64,000 nt of DNA, taken from assembly GCA_012295275.1 (NCBI GenBank), contig CM022677.1, positions 12,276,001-12,340,000 of the forward strand, in the 5' to 3' direction. The DNA is from Chrysomallon squamiferum (taxonomy: Eukaryota > Animalia > Mollusca). The notes beneath the pieces are model-generated. The model was not told where the DNA came from, ran no database searches, and saw only the letters and a list, made by a program, of their open reading frames with translations. Position 1 is the stretch's first letter. The number at the start of each line of letters is the position of its first letter. The position numbers were made by a program, and so were the translations under genes. Positions 45,082 to 58,146 of the stretch are shown here, in pieces.

Positions 45082-47095
45082 TCTATATAAAATATCCCTG
45101 TTTTTGACAGATACATATATTAACAACTAATGTTTTATTCTAATAGGTTTTTTTGGGTTTTTTAAATTACTAAATGCATTGCATAGAGTCTTTCTTAGAA
45201 TCTGTTTTTAAACTTTCACATCAAAACAAAATAAAGTAGACTGTATTCTAGCAATTCATTATTAAAGATCCGAATACCTTGACCTCTCTCTACAGGAGAA
45301 AAATCTATTTTACGTGATAAAAAATAGTAATCACTAACTGAGGTATAGGATATGCATACGTTACTTATAAACTGTAATAAATTTCTAGAAATTAAAAATA
45401 AATCAATTTTTGACTGTCTTGTACGATAGTTTTTTCAACAATTTGAGATCTAGTAAATTGTCTTTTATCTGGATTTCTGTGTTGCCAAATATCAACTAAA
45501 TTATAATTATAAATACCTGACTGTAATTCATTACTACTATTCATACTGAAAGTTTTATTATTAATGGCTAAATCTATATTAGGATCTAAAATATCATTAA
45601 AATCTCCTGCCATTACTGTATTTTTAAAATCCACAAATTTACATAATCCTTTAAAAAATAAAATTCTTTCTTCAATATTATTTGGCACATATACACTTAT
45701 AAAACTATAGTCATCGTCATCTATTTTAGTATTTTTAACTTTTAAAATCCTGCCTTCAGTGTCACAACTATTAAAGGTCAACTTATAAGGATTGTGAAAT
45801 GTAAAATTACCCCCCCCCAAAACCCCACTCCTTATCTTATTAAGATTCATAAATTTACTTTATGCTAAGAAATAAACTCAACTTCACCTGCTCAGATTTT
45901 CTTTCTCTTTGCGATGGCAGCAGAACAAACTTTATTTAACCAGAAAATAATTGTGTCCTCAGTATCTGATGGAAGTTCACTGGTTGTGTTAAAAGTTGTA
46001 ATTATTCTGAAAGATTTAAAATTGTTTGTTGAAAATGCTGCATGTAAAGACTGAGCTCTTATTACATTATATGATAAATTATACAAAACATGCACCCCAA
46101 ATATCATTCTCCTTCTCCCTCTCTCCCTGTCTCTCCATTCCTTCAGCCTCTCTTTCTCTCATACATTCATACCTTTACATGTGTAACTATAAATATTCTG
46201 CAACTTTTCAGCTATCTGTTAAAAATCTGAGTAGAAGGATGAATATTCTTAAATACTTTCTTTATTGGTAGCATTCTGAAATACTGACCATTATATACGG
46301 ATCTTTTAAAATCTGAAACCATCCATTTTAAATAATAAAACTGTATTTAGATAGGTAAAAACATCATTCAGTTTATACTCTAAAACTGAATATTTTTAAA
46401 GTATAAAATGAAGAAAATAAACATTAATAGAGTGAAACAAACTCATTTTAATAAAGAAAATTTAAAATGTTTAGTAATTAACAAAATAATAATATTAAAA
46501 ACTAAAAACTAAAAAAAAAGTCAATAAATATAAGTATATGTATGAGTATAAATTATAAATATAAATATAAATAAAGAAATAAAACAACAGAATACCTGAT
46601 GGCCGGGACAGCACATTCTACTGAAACAATTTCACTAGCTAACATTAGCACATCAATTAGAGTTGTATGTGCATAGTTAAAAAAATAATAATAAAAAATA
46701 AATAAACAGATATAACAAATAGCTAATACTTCTTTATTATTAAGATTTAAATTGTACTGGTATCAGTTACTGGACTGTTCACACAAGATGGGCTGTAGGA
46801 TATTTTCAATGTACATTGTTATTAATAAATAATTTTTCTGAGTAATGCCTAATCATTATAATGATAATAATAAAATAATTAACAAAACAACAGCAAATAA
46901 GTGATTATTATTACGATATTTTTTAATCAATAAATTATAATCAGTTGCTACAAAACTTATTTTTGCTCTCTAAGACACAAACAAATAAAATAAAAAAACT
47001 CACATCTCAGAATGGTGCAGTCTGCATAAGAATGGTTTCAGTAACAGGTCCTTTTCCAAGATGTAAATTCACTTTCTTGACAGACCTGAATAATA
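40977..47095 (-). pseudogene. CAMSAP: CAMSAP/patronin unprocessed pseudogene, copy B (N-terminal exons plus CKK-domain exons; middle largely missing)
   Basis: ~47095-47004 LSRK*IYILEKD/PVTETILMQTAPF. 46675-46596 AHTTLIDVLMLASEIVSVECAVPAIR, spliced in phase to 46006-45888 IITTFNTTSELPSDTEDTIIFWLNKVCSAA. CKK exons: 42560-42458 GPKLYMKPS*KSNHIILN..GIINTDLKNKVLE; 41922-41778 ELAKSDAKHFVILF*DEECQYRDLYSF..ITNKMIHRFYK; 41109-40977 YNSGAKSFTEVTSAKHLSVSIDAVVIHNSLWKTGKPP..stop. Canonical splice sites at the CKK exons, with in-frame stops and deletions. Confidence 0.9.
45315..45790 (-). mobile_element. L1/Tx1-clade LINE apurinic endonuclease fragment inside the CAMSAP pseudogene
   Basis: ORF 45392..45850 contains DTEGRIL, SVYVPN, MAGDFNDILDP..D and LVDIWQHRNP...FT. 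After a frameshift it reads SKIDLFLIS...VSDY (SRID/SDH motifs). No RT is visible. Confidence 0.9.
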
Positions 47096-47273
47096 ATGTA
47101 CGAAAAATAGCAATACGAATAGTAAATATAATAATGTTTATACATTTTTTGTAAGAATGATATTTGTTGTTATGAATCTACATTTGTCAGATAAATACAT
47201 TTTTCTGTGCTTATTATCGTTTGTGAATGTTATAAAAAATGTATTTAGTAATTTGCATATGAAATTGCCAAGG

Positions 47274-47344
<71 letters not shown>

Positions 47345-48955
47345 ACAATACGAGTATGGTTTATACGGTGAATACCTCTCTTTCTGTTTCTTTCACACAT
47401 ACAGTGAATCTGAGTGATGCACATTACATCATGTTTACCTCTTTCCATGACTGAAAATGTGAGCATATCTCGCATCCGATTTATGCTTGGATTCACACGA
47501 ACATAAAACATCCGAATCCATTTGAATTCTCGTGAAATATTGCCAAAATTCAATTAAACTGAATAACCAACTAGTAAAAAGCTACCGAACTAAAAATAAA
47601 AATAATCTGGCTGTCAAACATCAGTTCACACTGGTTTGAAAAGCGTAGCATACATTCGAATCTGTGTATGTTCGAAACATCGTGGTTTATCGAGACTGGT
47701 CTGACCTGAACGTAATTGTATTTAGTATTTAACTAAGAAGTAATTAATTTGTTTATTCTTACAAAAATTATTACAAAATTTGTAGAAATTAATTCTGGTT
47801 TGAGACCAACATGTGATTTCCTGTCTATTATATAATAGTATAATTTGGGGTGTTTGAAGAAGTAATTCTCTGTTAGATTATCTCAAGTATCTATTTACAA
47901 TTAACTAAGATTTTACAAATTAGGACAATTATAATGTATTCATTTCTGAGCTAAAAATGAAATTAAGAAAAATAACCATAATAATTATAAATATTATTAA
48001 TATTAATAAATTAATAATTGCGATAATAATTTTAAAAAATAATAATAAATAATAAAATAAATAAATAAAATAAAATAAAGTTAAATTTAAAAAGAAAAAA
48101 GCAACACAAAAACAAAAGAAAAAGAAAAACGGGTTAAAAAGCAGTCTTATCTATTCTTTAAAAAACAAGCAACCCCCCCAACCCCGAATCCACCACCACA
48201 AAACAAAACACTTCCTTTATTCATTTTTTTTTTTTTTTTTTTTTTTTTTGCTACCAGGCCTTTTCTGAGGAGAACGGATTCTATTGTATATATACAGAGG
48301 ACTCGAATGTCTCCGTCTATTCGGCCGAGATGATGCAAACGGTCACGATCAGTTTTACGATAATGGGTCAGCGAGACTCGTGGTTTTGTTTATCAAGACT
48401 ACAGTTAACTCCATGCCTATCTAGAAAGTTAGTGTTTATAAACCGATGTTGGCAAATTAAGGTACGCTGATAAGTCCAATGTATTGAACTACGAACAAAC
48501 CTTTTATATGAAATAAATATCTGAGATTAATACTGGTTCTTGTGTTATATCTTATAGAAAAAAGGCGACTACGCCATAACCTTTTTACCGTCACACTTGC
48601 TGAAACGGAAATTTGGTCGCAATTTATTCTCAGAAATTCTGACTAAATAATTTATAATTTTAGTATTTTAGGTAACTTTTCAGAAAATGAACTTATAGTG
48701 ACTAAGAAATTATTAAAAACAACAAAAAAGAAACGAAAACAAAACCTGTAGTAACTTTATTTTTTGCAGTTGTCACATTAACTTTTAACAAAATGAAAAA
48801 AAAAACCAAAAAAAAAAACACATTTTATTTAAATGTGACTAAATTTGATAAAATTATAAACTATTTTATTTTCATTTGTGTAGAATGTGATACAATTGTA
48901 AAGTGTTTTAGTTGTGACAAAATATAATAAAGTTATAAAAATATTTTATATTCAG

Positions 48956-49725
48956 TTGTGACAGTGCTGCAGTGAACAGTTCGTGTGAACAGGGCTGCAG
49001 GGTGCATGACACAGTGGAGCAGTGTTTGTGTAGAAATGTTTACCTTGAATTCAGACAACAAAACAGGCTCAGGTGAGTCAGTTCTATCTGGTTCACAGGA
49101 TAATTTGTTCACTTCAAGCATTCTTTGTTTATTCATATTTCAAGTTTAACTTTAAGTGTTATCTCTTTGAATCTGAATGGCCAGCATTTCTACCTTTATC
49201 TTTTCTTTTTATTATTATTTATTTTATTATTATTAATAATGTAATTCTCATTATATATTCAGGAAATCAGTTTGAACCTTGTATTAGTAGCTGTTCAAAT
49301 AGTTAAGTTAAAGTTCTCATTTCTGGAATTAAGAAAAAATTCAAAGCAGTTAATGCTATTCAGAAACTTGTCAGAATTTATGAATAATTTTTATTTTTAA
49401 TAATAATAGTTTTATATGTGGAACTTATATGTGATTAATTTTAGAAATGCTCAAAACCTCTCAGAATCCATGAATTTTAAATTTAGGTTAATCCATTTCT
49501 TACAAATAATCTGTGGGTAAATGATATTTGAGTAATTTCAGAAACCTGTCAAAAGTTTAATGGTTGTTAATGATTGAGATATAATTTATCTGTTTCTCTC
49601 TTTCAGATATAAATGAATGTAATTCAAAAATATTTCTACTCAGAACTGTAACTACTAAGATGGAGGCTACACATGTACCTGTATGGATGGTTATAAATGG
49701 GAAACTGACAAAATCATTTGTAGAG
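48956..49725 (+). pseudogene. Two decayed EGF-like exons (48956-49072; calcium-binding type 49607-49725)
   Basis: Exon 1: CDSAAVNSSCEQGCRVHDTVEQCLCRNVY(fs)LNSDNKTGS|gtgagt. Exon 2: tttcag|DINECNSK(fs)NISTQNCNY*DGGYTCTCMDGYKWETDKIICR|gt. EGF cysteine spacing with frameshifts and a stop. Confidence 0.8.
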
Positions 49726-49854
49726 GTGTACATAAATATTAATATATCACACACACATCAATACAAGTACATGCAAAAATTCACACATGAAAACATGAAC
49801 ACACAAACCTTCATATATATACATACACTGAATTGAATTAAATCAAAGCAAATA

Positions 49855-50090
49855 CAGTGTAATCAATGAAATGAAACTAAATGAAATGAATAAAATGCAG
49901 TGCAGTGCAGAGATGTACAATGAAATACAGTAAATGAAATGAACTGAAATAAAATACTATGAAATACAATACAGTAAATGAACTGAACGAACTGAACTGA
50001 AATAAATGAAATTAAATTAAATGAACTAATGATAAAATACAATAAAATTAATGAAATAAAATGAACTAAAATGAAATGCAATACAGTGCT
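49855..50090 (+). repeat. Degenerate (AAATG/AACTG)n pentamer repeat
   Basis: Directly visible in the sequence. Confidence 0.85.
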
Positions 50091-50408
50091 AAATTAATTT
50101 GATTTTGTCTGAGGAATAAATGGCTTTTTAACAGTAAGTAAAAAATCATGAAAATAATTAAGTCACAACCCATCCCATTTGATTCATATCAATCTTCATT
50201 TTACATGGTAAATTGTATAATATTATTTATACAATTCTGAATATTATTTTAATTTTAATAATAATGTGGGTTTTTTTGTGGGTTTTTTTTTTCAGGTTTC
50301 TTTATAACACTGATTCTAAGTTTATCTCCAAGTTCTTCAAGATTTCTCACTGTACTGAACAAACTAACAATAGAAGCAGCAGAAGATAAAATATCTCCAC
50401 AACAAATA

Positions 50409-50615
50409 TGAAGAACTGAATGCTTGAAGAATTTGAGAACTTCTAGAAAGTTCCACACCAAAAGTAATATTTTAAAAACAGTTACTAGTTATGTGGACTG
50501 CACTTACTGAAGAATTGAATGCTTGAAGAATACTGAGAACTTCTAGAAAGTTCCACACCAAAATAATATTTTAAAAACAGTTACTAGTTACGTGGACTGC
50601 ACTTACTGAAGAATT
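50409..50615 (+). repeat. ~99-bp tandem duplication
   Basis: tgaagaa(c/t)tgaatgcttgaagaat..gagaacttctagaaagttccacaccaaaa..gtggactgcacttac starts at ~50409 and ~50508. Confidence 0.9.
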
Positions 50616-51939
50616 TATAAATCTGTGAAACTGTGATTTCAGATCCAAATGAAAGATACAGTCAGACATAGACCAGTAGACAGAATGTTTGGACCAGACA
50701 GTCAAATGTGTGAAAAAGATATTCTTTTTAAAATGTCTGATGTAGAAATCCTTGATTTACTGCTTTAAAAAACTACAAATTGTATAGCTCAAGGGAGATA
50801 ACCTTATTATTATTAAAACAATTTTTTATTAATGTACTGGTAAAGATTTATGAAAAATATGTTAATAAAGCATAAAATGGAAGAAGATCTGTTGTTTGGA
50901 AGATATTTTCTTAATGATTAATTTGCAGATTACATTATATGTCAAGTTGTTCAGTAATTTAAAAAAATGTCTAACCATAGTTTTGATGTTCTTTTATTTT
51001 TTTTATTTTATTAATACTTTTATTGGATAAATCAGAAATCTTTTCACCTTTATCTTTTATAGCACTCTCAGCACTTTAACACCTTTTTAAACATTTTAAA
51101 TAATTCTTAATTTGAAAGTTGGGAAACATCTTGTACCATGTTTTTTCTAAATTTTTAATTAAGAATTTTGTTGACGGTTTTCTAAAATTATCTTTTCATA
51201 TGCAAAAGGAGTTTTGATGCTGATCTTTTGTTTTTATTGTTCAAATTAATGTTTCAAATTATTTTGTTCTCTGTTATTGATTACATATTTTTAGCTAGCA
51301 TTTTCATCAGTCTTGAGAAACAATTTTCAAAGAGTGAGGAATATTTTTATTTATATGGTTTTGAAATAACAGAAATAATAGATGTAATTCATCTATTACC
51401 TTGCTTCTATTATTTCATCTATGACTTGTGTAACATTATCTGTATCACTACTTCCACAATTACATCCATTTTTTGTATGACTGACATAGTCATGAATTTC
51501 AGCTGTCCAAATACTCTTCTTTTTTTTCGAACCATGTTTTTTTATTATTCAAATGAATACCCAGATTAAATTTACATTTAATTATTAATATAAAGACATA
51601 TTTGCTTACTTTGCACTGCACGAGCTATAAATAAAGTGAGATAAATTATTCATTTTCGTATGAAGGACAATGAATATAAGCTGAACAAGACTGGGTAATT
51701 CTGTTACTACTGGTGATTTGGTTCCACTTCTGACCACTGCCTCCACCAATCTGTTTATAATCAGTACACGATGCCCATGTGCAAAATGACATGATTGAGG
51801 ACGACAACCTCCGCATGAGATTGATCATTCGATGTAAATATATCCTGACAATGCTCCCCTGTTTGCTATTGATGTGTCTGGCTTCAGTAGCTGGTGACAG
51901 TGAACAACAACCTGTTCGTTTAGCTGTGACGTTATTGCA

Positions 51940-52603
51940 TACTCTCGATACCGTTGTCATTGTTACAAATTCTGATGCTGCGTGTTGTTTCGCTTTTTAT
52001 AAACTATTGTACTGTGCGCACCCTATATGAAAAATATTATTATTATTACTATTGCTGTCGCCAAAGTTGGCGTCGTGTCTGCGTTGTCCTGCACGGAATT
52101 CTTGTCTTTGTCATTATTCTTTTGAGGTTTTATTAACTGCTGTCCTTAATTTCGTACCTGAGTTGTTCTTAACGTTATTAGTTTAATTATTGTGCTGTCA
52201 TTTCATTGTTCTGTTAATGTCGATGTCACTGTCGTCGTGGCTGCATTGTTATTAACGTTTTTTATCCTGTTGCGCATGTTAATAACGTTGTTAAACTTTC
52301 ATATTTTATTATAGTCGCCGTAGCTGGCGTCGTGTAGGAGTTGTTCTTCGCGCTTTTGGAGTAGTTTTAATTATTCTGTTCCGCTTTTTATTAAGTGTTA
52401 TCCTCACTTTGTTAGTGTGCGCATCCCACATTAAAATATATTATTATTGTTTCTATTAATGTCGCCGAGGTTGCTGTCGTGTCTGCATTGTCCATAACAT
52501 TTTTGAATTACTTCTCTTTCTTATTTTGCGCTTTTTATTAACTATTGTTCTTCCTTTGGTAGTGTGTGCACCAATATTAAAATATATTATTATTATTATT
52601 ATG

Positions 52604-52657
<54 letters not shown>

Positions 52658-52700
52658 GTCGCCATCATTGAAGTCGTGCCTGCGTTGTACTCCTAGTTAT
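51940..52700 (-). repeat. Diverged tandem array, ~5 units of ~95-200 bp (core ~145 bp)
   Basis: Recurring gtcg(c/a)..gtcgtg..g.ttg core at ~52057, 52219, 52314, 52461 and 52658. It is the reverse complement of the 54.3-55.1 kb array core. Confidence 0.8.
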
Positions 52701-53135
52701 GTTGCCTTTTTCAGTAACTTTTGTAGTGTTAAATACTACAAAATAAAAATAAATAAATAAATAAATAAGAAAGAAAAACGCCTTCAGCTAACATCACGGC
52801 TGTTTATACGACAAAACTGAGAGAGATTGAGCGAAATGTTTTAATGTTTGTTATGAATTCATCAAACCTGATCAAAAAGAATTCTCACTCTTAGAAAAAT
52901 GAAATATTTTATTATAAACGATATTAAAGTTATGAATGATTTTGTGAAATTAACGTAAAACAGAAGCGTAGTACCTTCGCTCCACATCTAAATACGAATA
53001 TGTTCTTTAGACGAAATATTAACATTAAAATTATATTCACGTTATTAAAATTTAATTCTTAATATGCCGTGCACATTTTCAATGAAAAATAGGATTCCTT
53101 CGGTAATGTTATTAGCTATACAACACATTACATTG

Positions 53136-53189
<54 letters not shown>

Positions 53190-54289
53190 ATGTCCTTCTC
53201 GTTGTATACTGAAAAATGATGGTCTTTCATATTAAGTAATTTTATTATTAACAGAAACAGGATTATACCGAAAAGCGTGATATGCTAGATGAAGATTGTA
53301 GTTTCTGTTGTATTGATGTTACTGACAATATGTGATATTTTATTTGTATGACCATAATAACATGAGATTCCGCGACATATTTACATCTCTCTACATGAAA
53401 TTAGATGATTAACCTAAAATTAACCTTCCGTTTTTACAGAAAAAATAAAATAAAATAATAATAATAAAGAAGCGAGAAGGCGCGATATTAAGGTGTTATT
53501 ATTGTTGTCATTGTTCTATTATTGACAAATACAATGCTTGTTATGTAGATTATTACTGGTGGAGCGGTTATACTAATAATCTAATGTAATAAGAGAACTT
53601 CAGGTATAATATGAAATCTAAAGTATATTACACTATACAACTTGCGCTGATGTACACCTTGAATGTAATGAAAAAACAAAATTTCAATTATCATAATAAA
53701 ACAACATGTTAACCTTGTTTGTTCTCAGCTAATCACTATAAACTGTCGTGATTCCAGGGAATTAACTCAGAGATGTTTAAATGTAACCTGTATGATATTA
53801 ACAAAATCTGAACATTTCTCAACATACTTAACAGTAAAAATCACCGCTCAACCAGCATTTGATTCTCCTTTTTCTTTTTACACGTAATTAAGCCGCTTAT
53901 TTTCATTATGCCATGTAAAATTATAATTTATGATTGTCATTAATATCTAATAGATTATCTGTGATTATCAATATTTTATGTAGTGTTCGACGTACAGTAA
54001 AATTACACCTTTTTAGTTCGCGATTTAGAATTAGTAAAATTATCACATTACTAAAACGGACGCTGTATTTTCTAAAACAATGTGTTAATATTACCGCTAC
54101 ACCTCTGTTGAGAAACTAATGACGTCTAATACAGATAGTGATGACTGCGTTAAAACTGCAAGTGGTATTTTCATGTCGCTGAGTCAAGTATCTGTGTGTG
54201 TCTTTGTGTCTGCTGAACATAAATCTTACCTTGCAGCAACTTCTTTTCAATGATCCATTTCCCCATCCACGCAGTAATCAGGTGTGCAT

Positions 54290-55065
54290 CAAGACGTTAA
54301 GAACAATACTGGAACGACGGTAATGACGACCTCATTAACAGAAATAGTAATGATATTTTTTAATGTCGGATGTGGACACTAATTGCAATGCTTAATAAAA
54401 GAACAAATAATAAGGTTAAGGACACCCAGAACGTTGAAAGCAACGTCGTTACGACGGTAATGACGACGACATTAATAAACGTAATAATAATATATTTTAA
54501 TATAGGATGGGCCGGGTCAGAAAATATAAGTATCTGCGAATAAAAAAGCTAAGAGGAATAACGAGGAATACACCAATAACTCTAGGAACGGCGTTCGTAC
54601 CATGTCAACGACGGCGACATTAATAGAAATCACAATAATATATTTCAATAGGTGATTCGCCCGCTCAGAAAGTATGAGGAATGATTCATAAAAAAAAGCT
54701 AAAGAATAATGAGACCTCTACGAAAGCTAGAAACAACGCCGTTATGACGGCGACGATGGTGATATTGATAGAAATGATAATAATGCATTTTAGTATAAGA
54801 TTTGAACACTAAAAAAAGTATCAATAATAGTTAATAATAATGAAAAAAATGCCGTTACGACGGTAGCGACGGCGACATTAATAGAAATACAGGAGGCGCA
54901 CGGTCACAAAATAAGAGAACAGCGAATAAAAAACGAAAAAGAATAACGAGATGTTAAGAACAATACTGGAACGACGGCAGTGACGGCCTCGTTAATAGAA
55001 AGAGTATTGATATTTTTTAACGTAGGATGTGGACACGAATTGCCATACTTAATGAAAGGGAAAAT
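54290..55065 (+). repeat. Diverged tandem array, ~6 units of ~110-147 bp, opposite orientation to the 52-kb array
   Basis: Core acgacggta(a/g)(t/c)gacg(a/g)cgacattaatagaaat at ~54325, 54462, 54611, 54755, 54871 and 54982. The first and last units are closest (gttaagaacaatactggaacgacgg at ~54295 and ~54953). Confidence 0.85.
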
Positions 55066-55384
55066 AATATTTTTTCTTTTTTTTCAGAGCTGACGTTTTC
55101 AGATGTATTGGTAAATTCCTGGACAATAATAAGCAACTTATTCTAGTTTGAGTTGTAAGCTTTGTGGTTTTATTTGGTATATTAATATAAATTATAAGAA
55201 GAAAGAAAAAGTAGGTTAAAAAAAAATAACAACACCGTTTATTTGAAATTTACGGTGAACGATTGGCTAATAATAAATAAATAAATAAATAAATAAAAGA
55301 AGAACCACATCGATTTATAATTTTTTATTTTATTTGTTTTGAACATTAATTTAATATCTTTTTTTTTTTTTTTTTTAGTATCTT

Positions 55385-55873
55385 ATTTGCGGAAAAATGC
55401 GGGATGATTTCGGTCTTAGCATATTTACTTTCTTGTTGGATGTTCGAAGAATAGTCTACAGAATCGGGACAAAAAAGTTGCACAATGTATTTCATTTTGT
55501 GAAGGAGACAGGTATTACTATTTATTATTATAGTTGTTAATGTGTTTGGATGTTTTTCGTTTTATTTAATTATAATTTAAAAGTGATACACGTGATGGCA
55601 GCCATCTTATTTTGGAATAATATTTATTTATTTATTTATTTTCAGTTTTTTTTGCAAATAACGACACTCGATTAGTAATACTAATGTGAACAGCATAAAC
55701 AACGTCATATAAATAAGAAATCATTTTTAGTCTTTAATTTTGTTTTACCGATCACTGTATGATACATCGGGGGCAAATTTTGTGTGACCGGTAAATAAAT
55801 TTGTTTTAAAATAAATTGACTTGTGTAGCACACATCACACGACAACTATGTGTCGACTGTCAAAGGATTTATT

Positions 55874-55925
<52 letters not shown>

Positions 55926-57490
55926 TTTTGAAATAAACTAATAAAACTATTTTGAAAAATATGTTAATTTTGTTTCACGTGTTTTCTGTCAGTTTGTTTT
56001 TATGATTTTTTTTTTTTTTTTTTTAAATTCATATTAAATTCATGCTCTATACATTATTAAACATATTTAATTGATTTTTTAAACATATTAAAGGATATAA
56101 TGGATGAGACCATAAATGGTTTCATTATTTAAGCTAAATAACTTTATAACTCTATGTTAACATTAATAACTAATAAAAATATGACCAGGTTATTTCATAT
56201 GTAGACACTGTAAAATATTAATAAAATTACTTGTTATAATAATATTTAACACACACACACACTCAAATAATTTGTTATCCTCAATGATAACTTCATTGTT
56301 ACCCTTCTTTTCTTAATTGTCAATTTTAATTTATTTACATTTTGTTTTGTTTTGTTCAACTACCTTCTTTTTTAACTTCTTATTATTAGTATTACTTTTT
56401 GTTATTATTATGTTTTATTTTTTATTATTATTTTTTATATCTTTATTATTATTATCTATTTTATTTTTCTTATCATTACTAATATTTGTTTATTTGGGAT
56501 GTTTTCCAGGACCTATGGAGAAAATGTTCCAAATGAATTTAAAGAATTTTCTATGAAAAATCAGATGTGAGTGAAATATTTTATACATATCTTATCCGGC
56601 TACACAATCATTGACAAGAACCACACTGTAGAGTGCAAGTGCTGCTGGAATACTGTAATATGGATATATCAATGGTTTACATTCAGCATGGACAGGAACA
56701 AGAAGGAAAGAGCACAGCACAATTGAAGTCTGTGTTCTTGTGAAAACAAGCTGATGCTTGTAAAAACACTTCATCTGCTACACTGCCAAACAAAATCACT
56801 AGATAGATGACTGCGATGGCTCTGCATGATGGTGACAAAGACAACAGCCAGAAAGTTGAGCAGCAGGTGACGTCTGAGCTTACTGTTCTGAGAATGAAGC
56901 TGGATGTAAAATAAGTTGTATAGTAACAACTCTTTACTGATTATAAAAAAGCATAATAACAATCATTTGTTTCCTGTTGTTTTGATAATTATTTAAATTA
57001 TTACCATTATCATCATTATCATTATAATGATTATACAAAGTATATCAAAAATCACCCACACCCCTTTGTGTCTGAATAATCCAGTAACTCATACCAGTAC
57101 AATTAAAATGTAATAATAACAGAAACATTAGTTATTTATATAACACTTTATTATTTTATTTTTCAGATTGCACATACAGCTCTGATTGATGTGCTGTTGT
57201 TGACTAGTGAAGTTGTTTCAGTAGAAGGTGCTGTCCAGCACTGAGGATAAAGTTTGTACTGCTGCCACTGGAAAAGAGAAAAAAAACAACAACAACTGAA
57301 CAGGTGAATTTGAGTTTGTTTTCTTATGTATTTCTCATTATTCTAAACCGAATGCAGTTTAATTTAAATTAATGTAGGAAGTTGCATTTTGTACACATGC
57401 ACTTAGAGTAGAATCTTGTATCGTACACTGCATTTTAATTCATGTTTTCTCTCTCTCTCTCTCTGTCTGTCTGTCTGTCTCTCTCTCTCC

Positions 57491-57529
<39 letters not shown>

Positions 57530-57852
57530 CAGTTCCATTCATATAAACCTGATTATTTTGTTGTAAATTTCTACATTTTAAAACAGAAGAAGGAGCAACT
57601 GTCAGCCTTCACACAGTGTCACTGTTCCTGTGATGACAGACACACTAAAATACATTGGAGATGGATGTACTGTAGCTGTTGTCAATAGTTTCTATTGTCT
57701 GCAGTCTCTCACTTTTCATGGTTTGTTTAACAGCACAATGTTTGTAAATAAAATATTGAATCAGGTTGTTGCATGTTAAATATATGAGTCTTAATAACTA
57801 GTTAATCAACAAAATTCATTAGATCTGGTTTTCTTTTTTGTTGTTGAATATG

Positions 57853-57919
<67 letters not shown>

Positions 57920-58107
57920 GTAATAGTGAAGAGAGTGAAAAATATCATTTTTATTATTAATTGATAGTAATTTTAGTAATAGGAGTATTATTTCAATAAC
58001 TAATCCTAGCTGAATAAGAAATAATAGTAAATAGTAGTTATAGTAATGATGGCTATACAAATAGTATAGTGATTGCAGTAAATGTAGTAGTAGCAGTATT
58101 TTATATT

Positions 58108-58146
<39 letters not shown>

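Noticed and set aside
51940-55065. CRISPR-like repeat-spacer array
   Set aside because: The whole units are homologous and degenerate, with no unique spacers. The context is eukaryotic and there are no cas genes.
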